From: Thermodesulfobacteriota bacterium
GTDB taxonomy: Bacteria; Desulfobacterota; Binatia; Bin18
Length of the DNA stretch: 64,000 nucleotides
Assembly: GCA_964291405.2 (NCBI GenBank)
Contig: OZ219926.1
Span: forward strand, 896,001 to 960,000
Direction of reading: 5' to 3'
Shown: piece by piece, positions 1 to 8,077 of the stretch
How positions within the stretch are numbered: position 1 is the stretch's first letter
How the letters are laid out: every line of letters begins with the position of its first letter
Position numbers and translations under genes: made by a program
Notes under the pieces: model-generated
Database searches by the model: none
What the model was told of the DNA's origin: nothing
The model's input: only the letters and a program-made list of their open reading frames with translations

Positions 1-421
1 ATGTGTCACGCGGGAGCGTATCGTTCACCACAACCGGCGGGGGCGGGTTGCCGAGGCGGGCCTCAATATCATCATAACGGAGAACACGGTTGACCTCGGC
101 CACGTACAGCGCACCGTCACGAAAGGCCACACCACTCGGCATGAATAAGCCCTCGGCAAGCGTATGCACGGCATCCGCCCGCTGATCCTGATCCTGATCG
201 ACAACCGCATAGACCTTTCCCGCACGCTGGGTGCCGACAAAGACTGTCCCCCGATCCCCTAAGGCGAGCGCGCGCGCATTTGGGACACGGGGCGCATATA
301 CGGCAATCTGAAAGCCGGGAGGCAAAGAAATCCGAGCAAGCGGAGAAGACTGCGCCCGGACAGCACTTGCTCCACCCACGATCAAGAGACCAATCAGAAT
401 ACACACCCGGCCGAAAACCAT
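1..421 (-). CDS. PQQ-dependent sugar (sorbosone) dehydrogenase family protein, N-terminal part; runs off the window
   Basis: Not in the ORF track. Manual translation from ATG at 421 gives MVFGRVCILIGLLIVGGASAVRAQSSPLARISLPPGFQIAVYAPRVPNARALALGDRGTVFVGT...PSGVAFRDGALYVAEVNRVLRY, i.e. a signal peptide plus the LPPGFxI beta-propeller start typical of this family. Confidence 0.8.
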   Translation of the reverse strand, partial: MVFGRVCILIGLLIVGGASAVRAQSSPLARISLPPGFQIAVYAPRVPNARALALGDRGTVFVGTQRAGKVYAVVDQDQDQRADAVHTLAEGLFMPSGVAFRDGALYVAEVNRVLRYDDIEARLGNPPPPVVVNDTLPRDT

Positions 422-534
422 CTTCAGATTCCTACCCGCCCTTCACGTAGTGTTCAACAGGGACAGGGTGCTTCCCTCTCGCTTGAGCGACCCTGGTCCG
501 ATATGCTGCCGTCACTCATCTTTCTACAATCACC

Positions 535-1863
535 TTGCTCAAACCATCTTTTCTCATACCATCAAGGACACCCACATTGTCGCACGCCTCTTCGCCAAAC
601 ACAGCACCCTCCCCCTCGACTCCCCCTGACGCCTCTCAGGGCCTTCCCCCGTCTTCCGACCAATCGCACACACCGGTCCTTCTGCCAGCACCCTACTTCT
701 GGTTTCTGGCCGGAACCGGTAGCTGGTTCATGGCCATTGGGATGCAAAGCGTTCTTTTTTCCTGGTTGGTGGTCGGCGTTCTCAAGGCCGAGGCGGAGTG
801 GGTCGGGATCACCCAAAGTGCGATGATGATTCCGGCAGTCCTTTTGGCCCTGCCCGGTGGAACCATTGCCGACCGCTACGACCAACGGCGTATGCTGATG
901 ATCCTGCACCTGATTGCGAGCGGTATTTCTGCCGGCCTTTTCCTGGCCGTTGCCAACGCCTGGTTGTCCATTCCGCTTCTCATCGCCTATGCCATTGGGA
1001 TGGGCACGGTGCAGGCATTTGTCATGCCCGCCCGTGACGCGCAACTCTCTCAGGTCGCGGGCTCCAATATGCTGCGCTCGGTGACCGGGATGACCATGAC
1101 GCAGTGGGGCATGCAGATACTCGGCTCTCTCCTGGCAGGGACGGCACGCTGGATCGGGACGGTGCCGGCCTTGGGCCTGCACAGTCTTGTGCTACTGGCC
1201 GGTATTCCGCCGTTACAGCAGCTGTCCAGCCCGAAGAAACGCCAGTCACAGGGCAGTCTGCATCTCTCGGACGTAATTGAAGGGGTACGAGAGGTCCGAC
1301 AGTCCCCGGCACTCTCGGCCACGCTGCTGCTCGCAGTTGCGGTCGGCATTTTCTTTATTGGCCCATTCCTGGTGGTCCTGCCCCTTTTAATCCGGGACTT
1401 CTACCACGGCGGAGTGGACCAACTGGCCCTCCTCAATATGACCTTTCCGCTGGGAACAATTCTTGGCTCCCTGGGCATGCTCTGGGCGGGCGGAATTCGA
1501 CATAAGGGTGAAGCCCAAATCGTGTCCCTCCTCTTCGGCGCGGGCTGCCTCTTTATGGTTTCGTTCGGCTTGCCCTTTTGGGGTACTATGCTGGCCGTTT
1601 GTGCCTGGGGAGTCAGCGCCGCCCTCTTTATCAACGCCGGCCGGACGGTGTATCAGGAGCAGGCCAGCGTCGCGAATCGCGCCCGCGTGCTGTCTATCTA
1701 TACCATCGGTTTTATGGGAGCCGCCGGCATACTCGGGGCTCCCCTCTCCGGGGTCCTGGTCGACGCTATCGGCCCTCTGACGACCTGCGTCGTTATGAGC
1801 AGCGCCATGGTCGTCGTGGTTGGGTTCGTTTTTCTCCGGACAGCAATCCGGCAGGTCGCATAG
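535..1863 (+). CDS. MFS transporter
   Basis: About 12 hydrophobic helices; MFS motif A GTIADRYDQRR. Start uncertain. Confidence 0.9.
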   Translation: MLKPSFLIPSRTPTLSHASSPNTAPSPSTPPDASQGLPPSSDQSHTPVLLPAPYFWFLAGTGSWFMAIGMQSVLFSWLVVGVLKAEAEWVGITQSAMMIPAVLLALPGGTIADRYDQRRMLMILHLIASGISAGLFLAVANAWLSIPLLIAYAIGMGTVQAFVMPARDAQLSQVAGSNMLRSVTGMTMTQWGMQILGSLLAGTARWIGTVPALGLHSLVLLAGIPPLQQLSSPKKRQSQGSLHLSDVIEGVREVRQSPALSATLLLAVAVGIFFIGPFLVVLPLLIRDFYHGGVDQLALLNMTFPLGTILGSLGMLWAGGIRHKGEAQIVSLLFGAGCLFMVSFGLPFWGTMLAVCAWGVSAALFINAGRTVYQEQASVANRARVLSIYTIGFMGAAGILGAPLSGVLVDAIGPLTTCVVMSSAMVVVVGFVFLRTAIRQVA

Positions 1864-1885
1864 GGAGGCGACCCGACAGCGTCGC

Positions 1886-2056
1886 CTAGAGCAAATTACG
1901 ATTCCGTGTAGCCGCCCGTCATTCCTGCGCAAGCAGGAATCCAGCCCAGCCCCTCGGCCTCTGGATGCCGGATCAAAGCCTGCCCCGGACATGATCCGGG
2001 GTCCGGCATGACGAAGACGGAATAATATGGCTACAACTTATCGTAAACCGCGCTAG
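1886..2056. mobile_element. MITE-like element copy 1 (CTAG-ended) with REP-like palindromic core
   Basis: Ends CTAGAGCAAATTACGAT ... ATCGTAAACCGCGCTAG; core GTCATTCCTGCGCAAGCAGGAATCCAG...CCGGCATGAC; arms homologous to 10943-11141 and 33885-34281. Confidence 0.75.
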
Positions 2057-3366
2057 CGTCCCATTTCCATCAGGGCGTTGGTCGTATGCGAATCCGGGTC
2101 CGCTCCTCTGACTCCGGCTTCGTTGAAATAGGGCTCCCCTTCCCATTCTGACGGGCTTTGTTCGGTCGAGGGAATTTCACCCACCGTGGCCAGCATTTTC
2201 TGAAAATCAACCATCACGAAGTTGGGGACAAACAGTTGTTCTTCCTGGTAGTTATAGCGCGCCCCGGAGAGCGGGTTGGACGGATAGCCGGGGTGTGGTT
2301 TCTTTGTCACAAAGGCACAGTGGACGAGCCCCTTTTGGAGTTCTCCATTCGTATCGTACATCTCGGCGATCCCGACACCGAAGGTTTCCTGGTCAACGTA
2401 CAGCACGCGTTTTGAATAGGCGTACTTTCTGGGAAAGTTAAGCGGCGTGGCCTCCACCACCCACACCCGCCGCTTTTCCCAGCTCACGCACGGCAACGCC
2501 GCCAGGAGGCCCTGGCCCGTGTCCCGCCGGCCGCACCATTCAGCCGGGTCCCCATAGCGACCGCTGTGCAGCACCCCAAGAACGTCTTTTTCCGCCAGGA
2601 GCTTGAAATCCCAGCTTCCGATTTTCGCATTAAAGCCGTAAAACGAGTCAAGATCATAATCCGAGCCCCAAATACTGGCGCTGCGGTCCGCCACACTAAT
2701 CCGCCGCACGCGGCGCAGTTGCGGCGAGTAGACGTAGGTGTCATCTGCCGCACTCGCCGGGATATAGCGAAATTCGAGCACGGCCAGTCCCTTATGGCGG
2801 TTGGGCAACACCAGCGGCCCCCACATATGACTATGCCGCACCGCAGGATTGTGAGGGATGATGGGCTTCGGGTCCGCGTACAGGCGCCCCGTCCACATCA
2901 CCCGCCGCCACGAATTCTCAAAGGACTGGTCCACATTACCCTGGCTGTTGACGAGATGGGCGACATAGCTCGCCCCGATATTGTCGATGCTATAGGGCGG
3001 CTGGGCATGGTTCCACATGATCTTGTATCCGGCCAGATGGTCCTGGGCATCAATGACGGGAAACGGCGCCCCGGCAATATAGTTTGCGATTTCCCGTCCA
3101 TCGGCAGAGATGACAACCTGCCCCGCGTATCGTTCCGTTGCTTCCTGATACGCTCGGGGCCAGGTGTAGGGACGCGGCTCGCCGATCCACATCGTCATGC
3201 CCTGCTCCAGCATCCAGCGCGTGGACGGGGTGAGCAGGTCGGCGGCCTGGGCCATATTGGCCGCGGTAATAGTGTCACCCGGACTGACATCCGCCCGGCC
3301 AGACGGCACTGCCCCGAACACCAGGACAGTGAGACTCAGCAGCGTGCACCCTAGCTTGCTCTGCAT
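2053..3366 (-). CDS. DUF1329 domain secreted protein (lipoprotein-sorting-like fold)
   Basis: Signal peptide MQSKLG...GRA-DV with RBS before ATG 3366; motifs GAPFP, KIMWN, YSPQLRRVRR, YSKRVLYVD. Confidence 0.85.
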   Translation of the reverse strand: MQSKLGCTLLSLTVLVFGAVPSGRADVSPGDTITAANMAQAADLLTPSTRWMLEQGMTMWIGEPRPYTWPRAYQEATERYAGQVVISADGREIANYIAGAPFPVIDAQDHLAGYKIMWNHAQPPYSIDNIGASYVAHLVNSQGNVDQSFENSWRRVMWTGRLYADPKPIIPHNPAVRHSHMWGPLVLPNRHKGLAVLEFRYIPASAADDTYVYSPQLRRVRRISVADRSASIWGSDYDLDSFYGFNAKIGSWDFKLLAEKDVLGVLHSGRYGDPAEWCGRRDTGQGLLAALPCVSWEKRRVWVVEATPLNFPRKYAYSKRVLYVDQETFGVGIAEMYDTNGELQKGLVHCAFVTKKPHPGYPSNPLSGARYNYQEEQLFVPNFVMVDFQKMLATVGEIPSTEQSPSEWEGEPYFNEAGVRGADPDSHTTNALMEMGR

Positions 3367-3538
3367 ACGCTTCCCTTCCTTTTGCAACATGTATAGTCCC
3401 GGCCAGCCCCCAGCATAGCCCGTCAACGCACTCGCCTAAAGGACCACCTGCAATCGCGTCCGGCCCGACCGGACTTGCATCTTCGTTTGAGAGGGCTATT
3501 GTTCTCCCCAGTCTTTACACCGAAGAAAGGAGAGCAGT

Positions 3539-4168
3539 ATGAAACTTTACGATTGCCAAATGGCCCCCAACCCCCGTCGGGTGCGTGTTTTTCTGGCAGA
3601 AAAAGGGGTCGATATTCCGAAGACCGAGGTCAGTATTATCGAAGGAGAGAATCTCAAGCCGGAATACCTGGCGGTGAATCCGCGCGGCCTGCTGCCCACG
3701 CTTGAACTCGACGACGGGAACCGTATTGACGAGACCATCGCGATTTGTCGCTATATCGAGGAGACGCAGCCGGAGCCGAACCTCATGGGCCGGGACGCCC
3801 TGGAGAAGGCCCAGATCGAGTCGTGGCAACGCCATATGGAATTCGACGGCCTCAATCCTACGGGCGAGATGTTCCGCAACTCGTTTGACCCCTTTAAGAA
3901 CCGGGGCTTGCCCGGTCTGGAGAACGTCCAGGCTATTCCCGAACTGGCCGTCCGGGGGAAGGCCGGCGTGGAGCGTTTTTATGAGCGGCTGGAACAACGC
4001 CTCAGCCAGAGCACCTATATTGCCGGGGAGCGGTACACCGTTGCCGATATCACCGCGCTGTGTGTGGTCGATTTTGCCAGTTTCGCCAAGATGGGCATTC
4101 CCGAGGCCAATACCAACACCAAGCGCTGGCACGCGGACGTTTCCTCACGACCGAGCGCCAAGGCGTAA
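3539..4168 (+). CDS. glutathione S-transferase family protein
   Basis: APNPRRVRVFLAEKG, NPRGLLPTL, ETIAICRYIE, YIAGERYTVADI; AGGAG RBS. Confidence 0.95.
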   Translation: MKLYDCQMAPNPRRVRVFLAEKGVDIPKTEVSIIEGENLKPEYLAVNPRGLLPTLELDDGNRIDETIAICRYIEETQPEPNLMGRDALEKAQIESWQRHMEFDGLNPTGEMFRNSFDPFKNRGLPGLENVQAIPELAVRGKAGVERFYERLEQRLSQSTYIAGERYTVADITALCVVDFASFAKMGIPEANTNTKRWHADVSSRPSAKA

Positions 4169-4276
4169 CCGTTCTCCTATTTTTCCTCCCTCTCCCTCTG
4201 GGAGAGGGCTGGGGCTTCCCTACTCTCAAAGCCAACTCCTTGCCCTCCTCCCCGCTGGTGGGTATGGTGAACCACC

Positions 4277-4519
4277 ATGAGTGTTGAATTGATCAGCGTC
4301 CTGATAGCCGTCCTTGCGGTCGGAGCAACCCTGGCCGGTTTGATGCTGAGCGGGCAACGGGCCATCCGTGCCGAACCCGCCACCCAGCGTAAGGAATTCA
4401 GCGAACGGTTCACCGCCCTGGAGCAGCAAATCGCCGAACTACGTGAGCGCATGGCCCATCTCGGAGGGCTACTGGACGGCCTGCGCGAGGCCATCGCCAT
4501 CCGACAGGGAGCCGCGTAA
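4277..4519 (+). CDS. small membrane-anchored coiled-coil protein
   Basis: N-terminal TM helix then heptads ending LRERMAHLGGLLDGLREAI; TTGCCC-17-TATGGT promoter-like motif just upstream. Confidence 0.7.
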   Translation: MSVELISVLIAVLAVGATLAGLMLSGQRAIRAEPATQRKEFSERFTALEQQIAELRERMAHLGGLLDGLREAIAIRQGAA

Positions 4520-4524
4520 CGGCA

Positions 4525-4656
4525 TCTTTCCCAAGACATTCTTTTGACCAAGCGGCGGTGCCCACAGCCACCGCCGCTCACACAGGCATCCCACTCCGCA
4601 AACGTCACTTCATACACCACCACCGCAAATAGCTCCGCAATGGTGACCCGGAACAC
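4525..4656 (-). pseudogene. fragment of a formylglycine-generating enzyme (SUMF1/FGE-sulfatase) domain gene
   Basis: Translates RVTIAELFAVVVYEVTFAEWDACVSGGGCG..R.V..MSW, matching the FGE-domain segment F(A/Y)VGxYEVT..EW....C...RPV..VSW; rest of the domain absent. Confidence 0.7.
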
Positions 4657-4661
4657 CTCCC

Positions 4662-5144
4662 CTACCTCACCCCTCCCCCTTCCGCCAGTGGCCTCTCTTG
4701 CAGATAACCTTCCAGACCGATGAACAGTTCCTGCATATGGGCGGCGTGCCTGCGGGGGACCCCGGCCAGTCTGTACACCAGACCGTAGAGCGGATTCTTG
4801 GGCACGATCCGCATCTCAAAGGAGAGCAGGGTATATTCCTGTTGCGGAGCAAATCTCCAGACCCCCCACCCGGTGTGAAAGCCCTGAAAATAGGCGACCC
4901 GAATCTGCTCCACAGGGCTCACGGCAGTAATTTCCCAGCCCGTCCATATGCCGGGTACGGGGGTAAACGCGAGGCGGTCGCCGATCCGTTCGCGGCCCTG
5001 GTCAGGCAACTGAGAGGGCTGGAACCGGGGATGAAACTTCCTGGGCCACCACAGCGGATAGTCTTCAAAGGCGAGGATAGCCTCGTACACGCGGGCTCCG
5101 GAGCAGGGGATCAACCGGCTTTCAGAGGTGTGGATGATGGTCAC
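4662..5144 (-). CDS. SRPBCC/polyketide cyclase family protein
   Basis: VYEAILAFEDYPLWWP and GxGxWRF motifs. The ORF-track extension to 5228 reads through a palindromic repeat, so GTG 5144 is preferred. Confidence 0.7.
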   Translation of the reverse strand: MTIIHTSESRLIPCSGARVYEAILAFEDYPLWWPRKFHPRFQPSQLPDQGRERIGDRLAFTPVPGIWTGWEITAVSPVEQIRVAYFQGFHTGWGVWRFAPQQEYTLLSFEMRIVPKNPLYGLVYRLAGVPRRHAAHMQELFIGLEGYLQERPLAEGGGVR

Positions 5145-5174
5145 GGACGAGAAACCTGAGCCGCCCTGAGTGCA

Positions 5175-5256
5175 CTTCGACTTCGCCCCTCTGGGGCTAC
5201 GCTCAGCCCGAACGGTCCTTCCGTTCACCCTGAGCGTAGCGCAAGCGAAGTCGAAG
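5175..5256. repeat. REP-like long palindrome (CTTCGACTTCGC...GCTCAG / CTGAGC...GCGAAGTCGAAG)
   Basis: Inverted repeat seen directly; related copies near 34128-34209 and 45159-45190. Confidence 0.85.
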
Positions 5257-5309
5257 GGGACCGGGGTGGGTTTGGAACGGTAGTCAGTGGGAATCCGCCC
5301 CGTTTCGAC

Positions 5310-5705
5310 TTAACCCGCCGACCAGTTCTCCATGGAAAAGTTTTCGGGCAGCGGGGCAAACATCACCCGCGCCGATCCCCCGAGCGTACGCGTTTTATGG
5401 CCTTGGCCGGTGACGTCGGCAGCGATAAACGCTTCGCCGGTGCTCCACTGCCGGACCTGATTATCCGTGGTGGTGACTTCCAACGTCCCGGACAGGACAA
5501 CGACGACCTGGCGCGTTGGCGCCTGGTGCCAATCCTGATTCAGCCCTTCGGGCAGGTCGACAAAACACACTCCCGGCGAGGTATAGGTGTTGGATAAGAG
5601 CAGGGTGTGCCCTTCGGCATCTTGTCGCTCGTTCGTGATCGGGATATCAATCTCCTCGAACTGCGACCCGCCAGTCGCGGTTGCTACGAAACGGGTGATT
5701 TTCAT
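5310..5705 (-). CDS. cupin domain protein
   Basis: WHQAPTRQVVVVLSG..E and D.TG.GH cupin motifs. Confidence 0.85.
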   Translation of the reverse strand: MKITRFVATATGGSQFEEIDIPITNERQDAEGHTLLLSNTYTSPGVCFVDLPEGLNQDWHQAPTRQVVVVLSGTLEVTTTDNQVRQWSTGEAFIAADVTGQGHKTRTLGGSARVMFAPLPENFSMENWSAG

Positions 5706-5792
5706 ATGTCCTCCAATGAGTAAACCTACCTCTCAACAGACATAGAGATATTGGTACGTTTATTCATTCTGTTCTTGTGCAGAGCCTTTCAC

Positions 5793-7355
5793 ATGACTCA
5801 GACAACGGCAACAGACACTCCCGCAGCAGAGGCTCCACCGCCGCCGACCTTTAGCAGACGCCGGGTGATTGGCCTGTTTACCGGAATAGTCCTGCTCCTG
5901 CTGTTTCTCTTGACCGGCCCACCGGCGGATATGAGCGTGGCCGCCTGGCACACCGCAGGTGTGGTTGCCCTGATGGGAGCGTGGTGGGTCACCGAGGCCA
6001 CCCATATTACGGTCACCGGCCTCGTCCCGCTCGTCCTGTTTCCGTTGCTCGATATCTTGAGCGCGCATGAGGTCTCAACCGCGTATGCCGACCACATCGT
6101 CTTTTTATTCTTCGGCGCCTTTTTTCTGGCCATCGCCATGGAGAAATGGCAGCTCCACCGCCGGGTCGCGCTGCTGATCCTGTCCGGTATAGGCCGCTCG
6201 CCCCAGTTGCTCATTCTCGGCTTTCTCAGTACCACCGCCCTGCTCTCCATGTGGGTGTCCAATACCGCCTCAACCATTATCATGCTGCCCATAGCCCTGG
6301 CGGTGCTGCATCATGCCGCAAGCCAGGGCTATGACACCACCCAGGGCTTTGGCATTGCCCTGATGCTCGGCCTGGCCTATAGCGCCTCGATCGGGGGGGT
6401 GAGTACTCCTGTCGGCACCCCGCCCAACGTCGTGTTCATGGGCGCGTTTACCAGACTCTTTCCGGACGCACCGGATATCGGTTTCTTCCAATGGATGCTG
6501 TTTGGCGTGCCGACCGCGGCTCTCATGGTCGTCAGCGTCTGGTTCTATCTGGTCTATATCTATTTCCGGGTGCCGAGTACCGGCTGGCAGGATAACCAGA
6601 CCTTTTTAGCCCAACAGCTCAAGGACCTCGGTCCCATACGCGGTGGAGAACGGCGGGTGTTGCTGTTATCGCTGACCACTGCGCTGCTCTGGATCTTCAG
6701 GAAGGATATTGATTTCGGGGCGCTGTCCTTACCCGGCTGGGCCAGCCTGTTTCCCCACCCGCACCACATCCAGGATTCGACCGTCGCCATACTGGCCGCC
6801 ATCCTGCTGTTTCTTGTCCCGTCCGGACAAAAAAAGGGCGAGTTCCTGCTGACCTGGGATGACACCGCCAAAATTCCGTGGGGGATTCTGGTCCTGCTCG
6901 GCGGCAGTCTCGCCCTGGCCGAGGGCGTGGGACATTCCGGCCTGGCGAACTGGGCCGGCTCCCAACTGTCCTTTCTGCGGGATGTTTCCCCTTTTGTCGC
7001 CATCTTCTCCGTCTGCGCCCTGATGGTCTGGCTGACCGAGTTTACCAGCAATACGGCCACGACAACCCTGGTCATGCCCGTGCTCGCCGCCACCGCGACC
7101 GGCTTGGAGGTTGACCCGTTGTTGCTCATGATCCCCGCCACCTTTGCGGCCTCCTTTGCCTTTATGCTGCCGACCGCCACCGCACCGAACGCCATTATTT
7201 TTGCCAGCGGCCATGTCACCCTGCCGCAAATGTTTGGGGCCGGTTTCGGACTCAATATCCTGAGTATCCTTATTCTGACCGGACTTTTATATGTGATTGG
7301 GGTACCGGCGTTCGGGATCGGGCTGGACAGCCTGCCGGATTGGGTACCGCGGTAG
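5793..7355 (+). CDS. SLC13/DASS family sodium-coupled dicarboxylate/sulfate symporter
   Basis: SMWVSNTA, TPVGTPPN, TEFTSNTAT and FMLPTATAPNAI signatures. Confidence 0.93.
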   Translation: MTQTTATDTPAAEAPPPPTFSRRRVIGLFTGIVLLLLFLLTGPPADMSVAAWHTAGVVALMGAWWVTEATHITVTGLVPLVLFPLLDILSAHEVSTAYADHIVFLFFGAFFLAIAMEKWQLHRRVALLILSGIGRSPQLLILGFLSTTALLSMWVSNTASTIIMLPIALAVLHHAASQGYDTTQGFGIALMLGLAYSASIGGVSTPVGTPPNVVFMGAFTRLFPDAPDIGFFQWMLFGVPTAALMVVSVWFYLVYIYFRVPSTGWQDNQTFLAQQLKDLGPIRGGERRVLLLSLTTALLWIFRKDIDFGALSLPGWASLFPHPHHIQDSTVAILAAILLFLVPSGQKKGEFLLTWDDTAKIPWGILVLLGGSLALAEGVGHSGLANWAGSQLSFLRDVSPFVAIFSVCALMVWLTEFTSNTATTTLVMPVLAATATGLEVDPLLLMIPATFAASFAFMLPTATAPNAIIFASGHVTLPQMFGAGFGLNILSILILTGLLYVIGVPAFGIGLDSLPDWVPR

Positions 7356-7361
7356 AGGCCG

Positions 7362-8069
7362 ATGACGAGTCACACACGCATATCTCAGCTCGACTGGCCG
7401 GCCATAGAAGAGTCGCTGTGGATACAGGGCTATGCCACCACGCCTCCGATGCTCACACTCCAGGAATGCACGACACTCGTTCGTCTGTATGCGAAGACCG
7501 CACGATTCCGCAAGCGGGTCAATATGGCTCAGCATCGATTCGGCGTCGGCGAGTACCAGTACTTTGCGGACCCGCTACCGCAGCTCGTCACTCGCCTCAG
7601 AGCGCAGGCCTACCCTCCTCTGGCCCGGATTGCAAATCGCTGGATGGCCGCTCTCAAACAGCCCGAGGCCTTTCCTCCAACGCTGGCGCGTTTCTTACGC
7701 CTCTGCCAGGAACAAGGCCAGGTCAAACCGACCCCCCTGCTCCTGTATTATGAACAGGGCGGCTACAACTGTTTACATCAGGACCTGTATGGGCCCATCG
7801 CCTTTCCCTTGCAAATGACGTTCTGTCTGAGCTGTCCACAGACCGACTATACGGGTGGGGAATTTCTGCTGGTTGAACAACGCCCCCGGGCACAGTCGCG
7901 CGGTATTGCGCTTACCCTGCAGCAAGGGCAAGGTATTATCTTTGCCACGCGCTATCGTCCGGTGCGCGGCACACGCGGCTATTATCGTCTGACCGTCCGG
8001 CATGGCATCAGCACCGTCACCTCCGGTCAGCGCTATACCCTGGGTATTATTTTCCATAATGCCCAATAA
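7362..8069 (+). CDS. 2OG-Fe(II) oxygenase (DUF2086-type)
   Basis: YNCLHQDLYG (HxD), RHG (distal His), RYTLGIIFH. Confidence 0.9.
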   Translation: MTSHTRISQLDWPAIEESLWIQGYATTPPMLTLQECTTLVRLYAKTARFRKRVNMAQHRFGVGEYQYFADPLPQLVTRLRAQAYPPLARIANRWMAALKQPEAFPPTLARFLRLCQEQGQVKPTPLLLYYEQGGYNCLHQDLYGPIAFPLQMTFCLSCPQTDYTGGEFLLVEQRPRAQSRGIALTLQQGQGIIFATRYRPVRGTRGYYRLTVRHGISTVTSGQRYTLGIIFHNAQ

Positions 8070-8077
8070 AGGCTGGT

